Notes: a model not told the origin generated them from the letters alone. 64,000 bases of DNA from Mobula birostris (GCF_030028105.1 NC_092378.1:125415731-125479730); one strand, 5' to 3'. Numbered from the stretch's first letter, positions 25,362-37,651 are shown. Program-made: numbers and translations.

Positions 25362-26332
25362 ATATAGCTCTTTAGGGCTTGAGAAAGTACACCAAGAAAT
25401 GATTAATTAGTAGCAATGCAGGGATATGCCACAAATTAAATGAAGAAGAACTTCAATCTGCCACGCCACTGATTTCCTGACCCCAGTCACATTTAACAAA
25501 TAGTCCTGAGGAGAGGTTAGAGGGCCCTTTGTACAAATAGAATTGCGCAGAAAACTAGCTCAGTGCTGTGACTAGCACAGAATGCTAAGTTCAGAGAATG
25601 CAAATTGCAAAAAAGCATGTGACATGGAAAACTGAAAGATATGTAACCTAACCAGAACTGTGTAGTTAAGCATGCACTTAGATGTGAAGGAGGAAAAGGA
25701 TATTTGGAATACCAGTAAAGTGGATGAGGTTATATTCAAATTAGCAATGTTCGTTTTGGATGGTGCAACAAGATTGAGAGGCCAAGTGCCTACTTCTGCA
25801 CCCAATTCACATGTTCACATACACTTTCTATATTCTGGTCATGAACGGTAAACCTAAAATGTTACTTAAAAAATGGATGATCAAATACTTCTAAAAAAAA
25901 CTAGTATGTAGAGATGAACTCAGATAACAGATCATTTTAAGTTTAGTTTCTGTAACAGTAGTACATTGTTACTACAGGCATAAAAGATGGTTATCGATGC
26001 AAAGAAGTGTACAGTGTGTCTTCTTGGAGGCCAACTATGGAAATTCAGCACAATATAAGTGGCACAATTTTGAAAAAGTACTGGCAAGGTAAGCTTGGTG
26101 TCTATACAAATAATTTTAATGTCGGCACTAGATGAATTACTTTGGTTTATAGATGTACAGAATAGAAAACTAAAAAGTCAGACTAGAATTTTGTAAATTG
26201 CTGCTTAGGCTTTAGCTGGAGTACTGTGAACAATACTAGATGTAGATTAAGAAGTTAAGGGCTTAAAACAAGGGAGGTTTACCATAAGTTAGCAGAGATA
26301 AGGGGCTTTAGTGATGGTTTAGTAATGGCTTT

Positions 26333-26487
26333 AGGGGATGTCATGGTAGTATCGCTGCGAGTACAACACTTTACAGCACCAGCTGTAAGATTGGGGTTCA
26401 TTTCCTGCCGCTGCCCCTAACGAGTTTGTATGTTCTCCCCATGATCGCATGGGTTTCCTCTGGGTGCTGCGGTTTCCTCCCATGTTT
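26333..26487 (+). mobile_element. V-SINE/HE1-like SINE, 3' part interrupted by CR1
   Basis: Degenerate tRNA head (ggggttcatttcc) and core gagtttgtatgttctccccatgatcgcatgggtttcctctgggtgctgcggtttcctccca. Confidence 0.7.
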
Positions 26488-26908
26488 CATAGAAACATAG
26501 AAAATAGGTGCAGGAGTAGGCCATTCAGCCCTTCGAGGCTGCACCGCCATTTATTATGATCATGGCTGATCATCCAACTCAGAACCCCGCCCCAGCCTTC
26601 CCTCCATACCCCCTAACCCCCGTAGCCACAAGGGCCATATCTAACTCCCTCTTAAATATAGCCAATGAACTGGCCTCAACTGTTTCCTGTGGCAGAGAAT
26701 TCCACAGATTCACCACTCTCTGTGTGAAGAAGTTTTTCCTAATCTCGGTCCTAAAAGGCTTCCCCTCTATCCTCAAACTGTGACCCCTCGTTCTGGACTT
26801 CCCCAACATCGGGAACAATCTTCCTGCATCTAGCCTGTCCAATCCCTTTAGGATCTTATACGTTTCAATCAGATCCCCCCTCAATCTTCTAAATTCCAAC
26901 GAGTACAA
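26488..26908 (-). mobile_element. 5'-truncated CR1 3' end, well preserved
   Basis: Open ORF YSLEFRRLRGDLIETYKILKG...RTRGHSLRI...FFTQRVVNLWNSLP; (tttctatg)n tail. Confidence 0.9.
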
Positions 26909-27421
26909 GTAGAGGATAATTACATAAAGATGACTGCTTTAAGAACATTTGCAGGTATTGCAGGCTCCCTTTTTCTATGATTACATGATTACAGTGTACA
27001 AATTTGTGTAAATTTTTCAAGGCCCTAGCTAGTATAAAAGCATCGTGTTCTGGTTAGAACCTCAGATGAGGCCAAAGGTTATTATAACCAAGTAGAGTTA
27101 TTGATTTTGGCAAACAAAAACATATTTTGCAAATAAAGAACATAGAGGCTGAATTTTAACACTCTAATGGAATCACATCTCAAAGACTTTCTCAATGTGA
27201 AACATTCACACGAGATTCAGAGATTACAAAATTAGTTTTGTTTTTTTTCCAATTTATGCAGTGCCAAAGTAATTTTTAACTACAACTGAGCACATGTTCA
27301 GCACCTTTTAATGTAAACATTTTTCTTTAATTTTTTTTGCAGGATAAAATAAAATCTTCCTCAAAAAGATTCATCAGAACTATTTTACATTTTACCATTT
27401 TTAAATTTAGAAAAGTTTTAC

Positions 27422-27600
27422 CTGGAATAGTCAACCATTCAGACATCGTGCTCAAAGCAGTAGACATAATTTTATCTTGTGCCACTAGGCGATCAACAAG
27501 TCCAATTTTCAAAGCCTCTGGAGCACTGTACAAAATGCCAAGTTGAAGAGAATGCTCTGTAGCTCTCCTTCCAATGGTACTTTTCATGGTGTCCTCGAAC
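27422..27600 (-). CDS. ECI1: ECI1 exon 6 (179 nt)
   Basis: (W)FEDTMKSTIGRRATEHSLQLGILYSAPEALKIGLVDRLVAQDKIMSTALSTMSEWLTIP; donor G|gtaaaa. Confidence 0.93.
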
Positions 27601-27935
27601 CTTTGATGGTGACATGGAGAAAAAGCTACACTTTAAATTAAAATCCATTCAGTATTTAATGAATGGCGCAAGAAAAAACAAACTGCTGAAGGAACTCAGC
27701 AACTCAGGCAGCATCTGGGGAAGCAAAGAGAAAGTCGACTTTTCTGGTGCACCACGCTGCAGCTCGATGACATTTAGCTCATACGGGGGACTGAGGAAAT
27801 GACAGATAGGAGCTACAGGGAGGCAGTCACCACTAGGTTGCAGGAGGCAGGTAAATGGGTGACTGTCAGGAGAAGGAAGGGAAATAAGCCACCAGTACAG
27901 GGTATCCCAGTGGTTGTTCCCCTCAATAATAAGTA

Positions 27936-28754
27936 CAGGTGCACATTCCTTTATCCGAAATTCTCAAATCCAAAAAGCTCCGAAAACAGAAGTTTTTTCC
28001 GCCAACAGCTGACGTTACTCGCGTGTGGTGTGGCAGCACTAGCCAGATGTCAGTTGTGGCTCAGCGCTCGTACTGGTTACACGTGCATTTGCTGTTTGCT
28101 GATATTTTGTGTTCACTATTGACTTTGAGTTTAATTTCACTGTGAGAATGTCAAAAAGAGCTGCAGATTCCCCTATGGGTAACAATGAGAAAAAGAGAAG
28201 GAATCCTCTCTATCAATAACGCAGAAAGTGGAGTTATTGCAGAAGCTTGATCGTTGTGTGTCTGTGCGGCGTCTTACTGAAGAAAATAGTGTCAGAACTA
28301 CCACTGTATATGATTTAGATAAACAGAGAGACAAGTTACTGAAGTTTTATAGTGACAGTGACATTCTACATTTATTCCAATAAGTCACTTACCATGTGTT
28401 TGATTCGGTTCGTTTGAAGCTGTATATTTTTATGTTTTATTGAATATTTTNNNNNNNNNNNNNNNNNNNNNNNNNNNNNNNNNNNNNNNNNNNNNNNNNN
28501 NNNNNNNNNNNNNNNNNNNNNNNNNNNNNNNNNNNNNNNNNNNNNNNNNNNNNNNNNNNNNNNNNNNNNNNNNNNNNNNNNNNNNNNNNNNNNNNNNNNN
28601 NNNGTCCTAAAGTCCACCGAACTGGGACAGGTTAAATAAGGGACTTGAGCATACGTGTTTTTTCGTATGGGGGGGGCGGATCTGAAATCTGAAAAATTCT
28701 GAATTCCGAAATGCAACTGGCCCCAAGGATTTTGGATAAGGAATTGTGGACCTG
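27936..28754 (+). mobile_element. Tigger/pogo DNA transposon (Tigger4/Zombi-like) with TIRs and TA TSD; spans the assembly gap
   Basis: TA|CAGGTGCACATTCCTTTATCCGAAA ... TTTGGATAAGGAATTGTGGACCTG|TA. Frameshifted transposase start at 28148: MSKRAADSPMGNNEKKRR..LSITQKVELLQKLDRCVSVRRLTEE..TTTVYDL..QRDKLLKFYSDSD. The host CR1 rejoins across the TA. Confidence 0.85.
28451..28602. other. Assembly gap (152 N)
   Basis: Run of n. Confidence 1.
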
Positions 28755-30667
28755 TATACCATTTTGAATACTATTGAGGGGAACCACCTACCGAGGGGAG
28801 TCGCAGCGACTGGGTCTCCGGCACTGTCCAGCACTGTGGCTCAGAAGAGAAAAGAGGTGAAGAGGACTGCAGTAGTGATAGGAGATTCCATAGTTTGAGG
28901 TATAGAGAAGAGATTCTGTGGATGTGATAGAGACTCCCGAATGGTATGTTGCCTCCCAGGTGCCAGAGTCAAGGATGTCTCAGATCGGGTCCACAACATT
29001 CTAAAGCGGAGGGTGAGCAGGCAGAAGTCTTGGTACGTATTGGCACCAATGACATAGATAGGAAAGGCAAGGACGTCCTGAAGAGCGACTTTAGGGAGCT
29101 AGGTAGAAAGCTGAAAAGCAGGACCGCCAGGGTAGTAATCTCTGGATTGCTGCCTGTGCCACGTGCCAGTGAGGGTAAGAATCGGAGCACTTGTCATATA
29201 AATATGTGGCTGAGGACTAGCGCAGGCTACAGGGGTTCAGATTTCTGGATCATTAGGACTTCTGCTGGGGAAAATACGACCTATACAAAAGGGACAGGTT
29301 ACACCTGAACCCAAGGGGGACAATTATCCTTGCGGGCAGATTTGCTCGAGCAGTATAGAAGGGTTTAGGCTAATTTGGCAGAGGGATGGGAACTAGAGTG
29401 ATAGGGCTATGGATGAAGCAGTTGGTTTACAAACAGACGCAGTGTGTAGAGGGACTGCTAGCAAAGACAGGCTGATGATAGGGCAAGATTGCAGTCAATA
29501 GGATGAGTTGCAATGTAAAAAGGGGACAAAATCAGAAAAAGGTGATGAATACGGACTGAAAGTGTTATATTTGAATACACGCAGTATACGGAATAAGGTA
29601 GGTGGACTTACAGCACTTTGAGATGGGCAGGTATGACATTGTGGGCATCACTGAGTGTTGGCTGAAAGAAGATTATAGCTTGGAGCTTAACATCCAAAGA
29701 TACACTGTATCAAAAGGACAGGCTGGTAGGCAGAGGGAGTGGGGTGACTCTGTCGGTAAAAAATGAAGTCAAATGGTCAGAAAGAGGTGACATAGGATCA
29801 GTAGATGTAGAATTGTTGTGAGTAGAGCTAAAAAACTGCAAGGATAAAAAGGCCCTAATGGGAGTTATATACAGGCCTCCAAATAGTAGCAAAGGTATAG
29901 GCTATAAATTGCAACAGGAGATAGAAAATGCATGTCAAAGGGATAATCTTATGATAGTCATGGAGGATTTCAATATGCAGGTACATTGGGAAAATCAGGT
30001 TGGTGCTGGATCCCAAGAGGGGGAATTTGTAGAATGCCTTAAAGATGGCTTTTTAGAGCAACTTGTGGTTGAGCTCACTAGGGGATCAGCTATTCTGGAT
30101 TGGGTGCTGTGCAATGAACTGGAATTGATTAGAGAGCTTAAGGTACAGGAACCCTTAAGGGCCAGTGATCATAATATGATAGAATTGACCCTGCAAATTG
30201 AGGGGGAGAAGCTAGAGTCAGATGTATCAGTGTTACAGTGGAGTAAAGGGAATTACAGAGACATGAGAGAGGAGCTGGCCAAAGTTGATTGGAAGGGGAC
30301 ACCAGCAGGGATGACAGCAGAGCAGCAATGGCTGGAAATTCTGGGAGCAATTCAGAAGGTGCAGTATATGTACATCCCGAACAAGAAAAAAGCAGGATGA
30401 TGCAGCCGTGGCTGACAAAGGAAGTCAAAGCCAACATAAAAGTCAAGGAGAGTATACAATAGACCAAAAATTAGTGAGAAGTTAGTGGATCGGGAAGCTT
30501 TTTAAAATCGACAGAAGGCAACTAAAAAGTCATAAAGAGGGAAAAGATGGAATATGAAGATAAGCTAGCAATAATATTAAAGAGGATACCAAAAGTTTCT
30601 TCAGATTTTCAAAGAGTAAAAGGGAGGTGAGTGTAGATATCGGTCCGCTGGAAAATGAGCTAGAGAC

Positions 30668-31470
30668 TGCTACACTGCGAAGTCTCTTCCAAGGTTGCCG
30701 ACTCTGAAGCAGAACAAGTGCTACACCTGCCCCTACACCTCCTCCCTCACTACCATTCAGGGCCCCAAGCAGTCCTTCCAGGTGAGGCAACACTTCACCT
30801 GTGAGTCTGTTGGGGCACCTACTGTATCTGGTGCTCCCGGTGTGGCCTTCTGTATATTGGTGAGACCCGACACAGATTGGGAGACCATTTTGCCGAGCAC
30901 CTATGTTTCATCTGCCAGAAAAAGTAGGATCTCCCCATGGCCACCCACTTTACTTTCACTTTCCATTCCCATTCCAACATATCTGTCAATGGCATCTCCT
31001 ATTGTCGCAAAGAGACCACACTCAGGTTGAAAGAGCAACACCTGATATTCCATCTGGGTATCCTCCAACCTGATGTATAAACATCGATTTCTCGAACTTC
31101 CAGTAATGCCCACCCCCTTCACCATCCCCTTTTCCCTCTCTCACCTTATCTTCTTACCTGCCTATCACCTCCCTCTGGTGCTCCTCCCCATTTTCTTTTT
31201 CCATGGCCTTCTGTCCTCTCCTATCAGATTCTCCCTTCTCCAGCCCTCTTTCACCAAACAACTTCTCAGATCTTTACTTCACCCCTCCCCCCTTCCAATT
31301 TTGCCTATCACCTTGTGTTTCTTGGTCCCCTCCCCCCACCTTCTAACTCTGACTTCTCATCCTTTTTTCCCTCTGGTCCCTATGAAGGGTCTCGGCCCGA
31401 ACCATCGCCTAGACACCTTCCACAGATGCTGCCTGACTTGCTGAGTTCCTCCAGCATTTTGTGTGTGTTA
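30668..31470 (+). mobile_element. Penelope-like element fragment: GIY-YIG endonuclease C-terminus + 3' repeat with degenerate hammerhead
   Basis: CYTCPY..FQVRQHFTCES, then after a frameshift YCIWCSRCGLLYIGETRHRLGDHFAEHL..P.ATHF..RLKEQHLIFHLG. Pyrimidine tract, then ggtccctatgaagggtctcggcccgaac and the shared terminus. Confidence 0.85.
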
Positions 31471-32818
31471 CTTAGAGAGGTAGTTATAGGGGACAAGGAA
31501 ATGGCAGACGAACTGAATAAGTATTTTGCATCAGTCTTCACTGTGGAAGACTCTAGCAGTATGACAGAAGTTCGAGAGTGTCAGGATGCAGAAGAGAGTG
31601 AAGTTGCCATTACTACGGAGAAGGTGCTTGGGAAAATGAAAGATCTGAAGGTAGATAAATCACTTGGACCAGATGGTGTACACCCCAGGGTTCTGAAGGA
31701 GGTGGCTGACGAGATTGTGGAGGCATTAATAATGATCTTTCAAGATTCACGAGATGGTTCCAGAGAACTGGAAAAATGCAAGTGACACTCCACTCTTCAA
31801 GAAGGGAGACAGGCAGAAGAAAGGAAATCAGTTAGTCTGACTTCATTGGTTGGGAATTTGCTAAATGTGATTGTTAAGGATGTGGTTTCACGGTAGTTGG
31901 AGACACATGATAAAACAGGCCAAAGTCAGCACTGTTTCCTCAAGGGAAATCTTGCCTGACAACATCTGTTGGAATTCTTTGAAGAAATAACAACCAGGAT
32001 AGACAAAGGAGAATCGGTGGATGTAGTGTACTTGGGTTTTCAGAAGGCCTTTGACAAGGTGCTGCACATGAGGCTGCCTAACAAGTTAAGAGCTCATGGT
32101 ATTATAGGAAAGATACTAGCATGGATAAAGCAGTGGCTGATTGGCAGGAGGCAAAGAGAGTGAATAAAGGGAGCCTTTTCTGATTGGCTGCCAATGACTA
32201 GAGGTGTTCACCAGGGGTCTATGCTTGGTCTGCTTCTTTTTACATTATACATCAATAATCTGGTAAATCTGTAGAATTTGATGTCACAGGCGGCTCCGGA
32301 GGCCAAGTAATTGGCTATATTTAAGGCAGAAGTTGATAGGTTCTTGATTAGTCAGGTATGAAGGGTTACAGGGAGAAGACAGGAGATTGGGGCTGAGAAA
32401 GAAATGGATCAACCATGATGAAATGGCGGAGTAGACTCCATGGGCTAAACAGCATAATTCTGCTCCTATGTCTTAGAGTCTTATAGTAAATCTGTCTGAT
32501 TCCGAGACTGAAGAATGCAGAACAAAAGGAAACAAGATCCATAAGGAAAAAAACAAGAAAGAGAGTTATAGATCTCAGAATACAAAGGAAATTTGAAACA
32601 TGAAAAAAGATAGCAAAGGAAATATCAAACTAAGTAGAAATGGAGATTGAAGAGTTAGAAAGACATGACAGAATTATGCACATAAATAGTGGAGACAAGT
32701 AAACTCCAAGAATCAAAGAAATACATAGCTCAAGTTATGAGATTGAGAATCATAACAAATCGCATAATACACAATAATAATAATAATATATTTAGCTGAA
32801 TAATATTTGATGACGTAC

Positions 32819-32940
32819 CAGAAAGGTGCAACAATTCCAAGCTTTGTCTCATTAAGGCCAATCCCATACTTTGGATTATCTGCCATAATACGGTAGTCAC
32901 AAGCCATTGCCATGAGACATCCTCCAGCAGGACTGGCTCC
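32819..32940 (-). CDS. ECI1: ECI1 exon 5 (122 nt), contains the catalytic Glu motif
   Basis: GASPAGGCLMAMACDYRIMADNPKYGIGLNETKLGIVAPFW (crotonase AGG oxyanion motif and GLNE motif); ttctag| and TG|gtacgt. Confidence 0.96.
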
Positions 32941-33114
32941 CTAGAATAATAATCAAAATGCCGATTTCAAAACATGCACCACTGTCTACTACATTAGCTG
33001 AGTTACTTAATACGTTTCCAATTGTTACTTTTAAGAATAAAAGTCCCATATACACCACAGCTATGAAGAGTTAAAAGCAAAAGACAGAATGACTCATTTA
33101 TGATTATAAGGACA

Positions 33115-33725
33115 CACAGTCCCCTTTTATTATCATTTAGTAATGCATGCATTAATAAATGAAACAATGTTTTTCCAGAATGACATCACGAAAACACATG
33201 ACAAACCGACTTAAAAACTAACAAAATACAAATAATTATAACATATAGTTACAAAAGTGCAAAGCAATACCTTAATTTGATAAGAACAGACGATGGCACA
33301 GTAAAAGTCTCAAAGTCTCTCGAAAGTCCCATCATCTCACGCAGACGGTAAACCTCCAGCGCCGCCAACTTGCCGATGCAGCATCCTAGAAGCATCCAAC
33401 CACAGTCCGACTCAGAGTCCATCCGTAAACTCCGAGCCTCCGACCACCTCTTCAACATCGGGCACCGAGCACCATCTCTGTCGAGCATTTCGACCCCGGC
33501 CCTGGCAACAGGCAATAGGCAAAGCCGAGGATTTGGGGCCTTTGTCTCCGAAGATTCTTCACAGCAGCAGCGAAGCAGGCATTTCAGAAGTTACTCCAGA
33601 TGTTCCCCTGCGCTTCTCACGGCTGTCTCCATCAAATCCGGATTGTGCACGGCCCCCTAGTTACACATAATCGATATTCATTCGGAACGGCTGCGCGCAC
33701 TGCGTTGCGTCGCCATCTTCTCCTC
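33115..33725 (-). mobile_element. Unclassified non-autonomous interspersed repeat
   Basis: Starts GAAGATGGCG on the minus strand, CpG-rich body, 3' ..aataaaagggg end; no coding homology recognised. Confidence 0.45.
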
Positions 33726-34539
33726 CTCCTATTATCATTTGATAGTAATCTTGGTTTTAAGTCTAGGTATATGCAAGTTCTACTTAGAGACTGGTGTGCA
33801 AATATCTTGGGTGCTACTTCAGTTTATTTCTGAGCAAGAACTGCAAAGTGTGAAGGTGGGAGTCAGTAGAGACCATAATGGGTTCAGTACACAACATACT
33901 GTGCATTGACCTCTCACAAGCCAATAATGACTGCAGTGTATACTCTGTCCTAACTGGCAAAACTTCACTGACCTGCCCATGTAATTTGACAGTCTCTTCC
34001 TCCAATTAATCCCAGGCCAGCTGGTCTCATCAGTGTCTAGCGAGAGTCACATTCCCAGTCCCTTCATTTGTCACATTGTGACAGCAGTACATTGCAGCAC
34101 ATGAAAATAAAAAGAAAAACTAGAAAATTACAATAAGAAATTAATAAAATATTACATCAGAGCAAAAAAGAAAAATAGTGAGGTAGGCTACATGGGTTCA
34201 ATGCCCATGCAGAATTCTGATGGCAGGTGATGCTAGTTTAAAGGCACACAGCCAAAGATTTGTTTCTCAACTTAATAGGCAATGCCTTACAAAACAGCTT
34301 CCTTAGTACGAAGGAATGTGGAAATAAAATGAGTGTTCTTTGCTCTGAAATATTAAATCTGTTTCTCTCCATTCAGATACCACCAGACCAGTTGTGTATT
34401 TCCAGCATTTGTGTCTTTTTACGAGATTTACAGCACTGCAGCTTTTTATTTTACTTTATGAAAATATCTTTGTAGTCCATTCTTGATTGAATAAGAAAGC
34501 AAACACATTGATTTCTTGGGTATCCACCATTATCTTGTA

Positions 34540-34785
34540 AATGAATAACAGTCCCTCAAACTTCTGTGCTACCTCAGATAATCTTGTTTACAGTTTATCT
34601 CTATGGTTTCACCCTCTTATCAGCTTGGTGTCACCTCACACTCCCTGACCCTTGCTGTAGCTTCACAAACTTTTTTGTCTCCTTTTCAGTTCTGATGAAG
34701 AGTCTCTAAATAGAGATGGTAACTGTTTCTCTTCCTGCAGATGCAGCCCGACCTGCGGAGTAGTTACTACATTCTTTTGTTTTTG
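34540..34785 (+). mobile_element. Old PLE 3' region with degenerate hammerhead (34687-34725)
   Basis: cagtt CTGATGA AGAGTCTC..aactg followed by cagatgcagcccgacctgcggag. Confidence 0.55.
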
Positions 34786-35049
34786 TTTTACCTCTCCTTT
34801 GCACATATCCAGGACAAAATAGTAGTGTGATCACTCAAGTTGAGTATGATGTTCTATTGAGAGATTGTCTATTTGTGGGTCCTTGGGTGGCTGTAGAGGC
34901 TGAACCAAGATCCACATATTCTGGTGCAGTGTGGGCAAAAGTAAGAGGTGGCTGTGGTTAGTGGTTGAGTCTTTTGGTTTGCTGTCTGCACAGCAGAGGT
35001 CACACTCATTTAACGCAGTTCCCTCTTGATCAGATTTCCTCTAAGTGTA

Positions 35050-35255
35050 TCTATTGAGTCCAATGTCTTCCCAGTTTTTAGATGTAACGTTGGATTTCTT
35101 CAGGCTGCTTTTGATGTTATCTTTGAAGTGTTTCCTTTGCCCACCAGAAGCTCAATAACCTTCCTTCAACTGGGAGTAAAGGATCTGTTGGAGGAAACAT
35201 GAGCTTGGCACTTGGATGACATAACCTGTCCATCAAAGTTGGTGTTGCTTTATCG
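35050..35255 (-). mobile_element. RTE LINE C-terminal fragment
   Basis: Degenerate W.G.VI..P...LQQILYSQL.EG...GGQRKHFKDNIKSSLKK. Confidence 0.6.
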
Positions 35256-35449
35256 ATACACATTATCCATTCAAACAGATCAAAATCTATTTGATTTTTT
35301 AAGTAAATGACAAATGTGAAATTCTTAAATGAACTTGGTTCTGTAGGATTTCATGTTCCACTTCAATTGTTTTCTTTATGAACAATGTCAGGATAAATAA
35401 CAATCCAAACAAACAATTTACAAATTGTAATGACTATTGGATCACTTAC

Positions 35450-35596
35450 ATTGATTGCAGCAATGGTCACCAAGTTAGATCCGTACAACTTCAACCACAT
35501 TTCCTGAACAGATCTCCAGAACTCTCCTGTATGCTCCGGTGACTTCCCATACATCTCAGTGATATCCAAGCCACCAGAAAAGATGTTGGGGATAGA
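35450..35596 (-). CDS. ECI1: ECI1 exon 4 (147 nt)
   Basis: SIPNIFSGGLDITEMYGKSPEHTGEFWRSVQEMWLKLYGSNLVTIAAIN|gtaagt. Confidence 0.95.
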
Positions 35597-35759
35597 CTAA
35601 AATTGAAGCATAATTATATTTCATCCTTATGAAAGGTAGAAAAAAATCAAAGACTTAGAAAGCTTATTATGATCATCTTGTACTTTGGACTGATTTCATT
35701 TTAAGGTGAAATTCCTTATTGTACATATTGTTTCTTCAAGCCACACCATTAATTCAAAA

Positions 35760-36571
35760 AGCTATGTTCCTTGGGAACAGATTCATTACTGTGTGAACAT
35801 ATACCTGATATACCAACCAATGAGGAGCTGGCTTCTGTGCTCCACCCCTTGAACTCATTACTACAGATCGGGAAGAAATGGCAATGGACAAAGCAGTGTG
35901 AGGTGGCTTTCCAAAAGGTAAAAGAAATGGTGACGTCACACACTTTACTCACACATTATGTTTCACATCGTCCAGTGAAGCTTGCCACGCACTGCTTGGG
36001 ATGCCAACACATCCAGAAGAAAGATATCCAGAGCTGTCAGAACCACTTCCTGCAGTCCGAGTCAGCTCCTACAACTACCATGGAGAAGGCCCCAGAATCC
36101 GAGATAGTTTCACAACCACAAGTCCCTCCTGCCAAGCAAAGTGACCCACTCTCCTTGTCAGGAAAGACATTATCCCACAAGTGTAACAAAACCTCCACAG
36201 CAATTAAATCTTTAAGCATGCATGGGAAGATTTAAAATTTACTATGCTGTGGATGTTTCGATATAATAGTTGTATCATATAGTATATTGTATATATGTTG
36301 AGTTACATTCTGTATTTGGTTGGAGTTTGTAGTTAAGCAGGGAGGAGTGTTGTGGATTTAATATTTCAGTGATATTTAAGTAAGCATTCTTTATTTGTTT
36401 AAATAATTTATTATGGGTTATATGTAAAAATACATGAAATGCATTCGTCATGACGCTACCACATGATGCCTATGTGTCTTGCTTAAAGTAAAAACAAAAC
36501 TAGACACATTCTCCTGGGTTCCCATTTTTTCTTGTAATTAGTTTCATGTCTTGAAGTTACAAAATGTAACA
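35760..36571 (+). mobile_element. Gypsy-like LTR retrotransposon remnant with PPT and 3' LTR (36348-36571)
   Basis: LASVLHPLNSLL..KKWQWTKQCEVAFQKVKEMVTS..LLTHY..PVKLA (RT-RNase H connection); PPT aagcagggaggag then TGTTG...TAACA. Confidence 0.75.
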
Positions 36572-36770
36572 GTGTTGAGAACAGATTCAATTAGAACATT
36601 TTAAAGATAATTATTTGTATGTTTCACTTGGAACAAAAGAAGTCTACAGAAGAACTGTATAAAGAACACAATGAATGTAGTCATTCTACCAAAGAGCTTG
36701 CATAATCCTGATAGAATAAATGCTATGTTATTCCATGAATAAATTAACCAGGATCATCGACCATACATAC

Positions 36771-36898
36771 AGAAGTGAGGATAACTCCACGACATCCTCG
36801 GTCCATCTCAAGCTTTTCTAGGTTAATTGCAAACTCTGTGAGAAATTCCAGGTTTAGACTGTTAACGGGAGGCTTCTTCATTTTAATCACAGCAACTC
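36771..36898 (-). CDS. ECI1: ECI1 exon 3 (128 nt)
   Basis: ttttcag|GA: (G)VAVIKMKKPPVNSLNLEFLTEFAINLEKLEMDRGCRGVILTS|gtatgt. Confidence 0.94.
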
Positions 36899-37651
36899 CT
36901 GAAAATAAATGATAAGTTTTAAATTCTTTTTTTTTGTCATCCTTTTATGCAATGAAAAGTGAGTCAGAAGTTGATGGCAAACAGGAAAAAAATATGGATT
37001 TTGACCAGAGGGTAAGGAGGCTTTGCACATCTATTAAAAACATTTATAGAGTTATAGTGATAGCTGTTCCATTTCTGCTACAATGAATTCACTGTCTACA
37101 ATGGAATAACTGCAATGTCTTGAAATGGTTGTATACACAGCGCAGTTGAAAATCTCTGGCTTTTTGAAATACATGATTCAATCCCTACCGCTGAACTTTA
37201 GCATATAATTTCAGTCATCAATAACCTCATGTTTAATTTTGTTTTAGTTCCACAGTTGATGGGAGATTCAGTAAGTAAAAGGTAAGTAATTAATTACCCT
37301 TTTATAGAATCATGGAAGATCCAGACCATTCACTATCTCTATGGCCGGTCCTTCAAAACTCACTGGGAGATCAGTAATTTGGCGATTTTTAAGTTTTCAA
37401 GATCAACATCTTCTCTGGTAACATTTTTTAACAAATCCTTCAGTTTACCATTCTCACTTATCCCTCTGCTCTTTAGTTAATTTGTCAGAGGAAGATGCAG
37501 AAAATCGAACACTAAGGAACTTGTTTAATTCTTTTGTCATTTTCTTACTTTCGTTTGTAAATTCTCCTGTCCCTTTCTGCAAGGAGCCCATATTCCTCCC
37601 CCCCCCATTATATTGGCAAAGGTTTACAGAGGCAGATTATTCTGTATTTAC

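Larger units (their letters stand above)
27745..32485 (+). mobile_element. Long decayed CR1 LINE in ECI1 intron 5, interrupted by Tigger and PLE insertions
   Basis: ORF1 KWVTVRRRKG..PLNNKY|TILNT, VIGDSIV, VRIGTNDI; ORF2 GVIYRPPNSS, ILDWVLCNE, SDHNMI, EMADELNKYFASVF, DVVYLGFQKAFDKV. Confidence 0.9.

Noticed and set aside
28372-28716. 114-aa ORF containing an X run
   Set aside because: Reads through the assembly gap.
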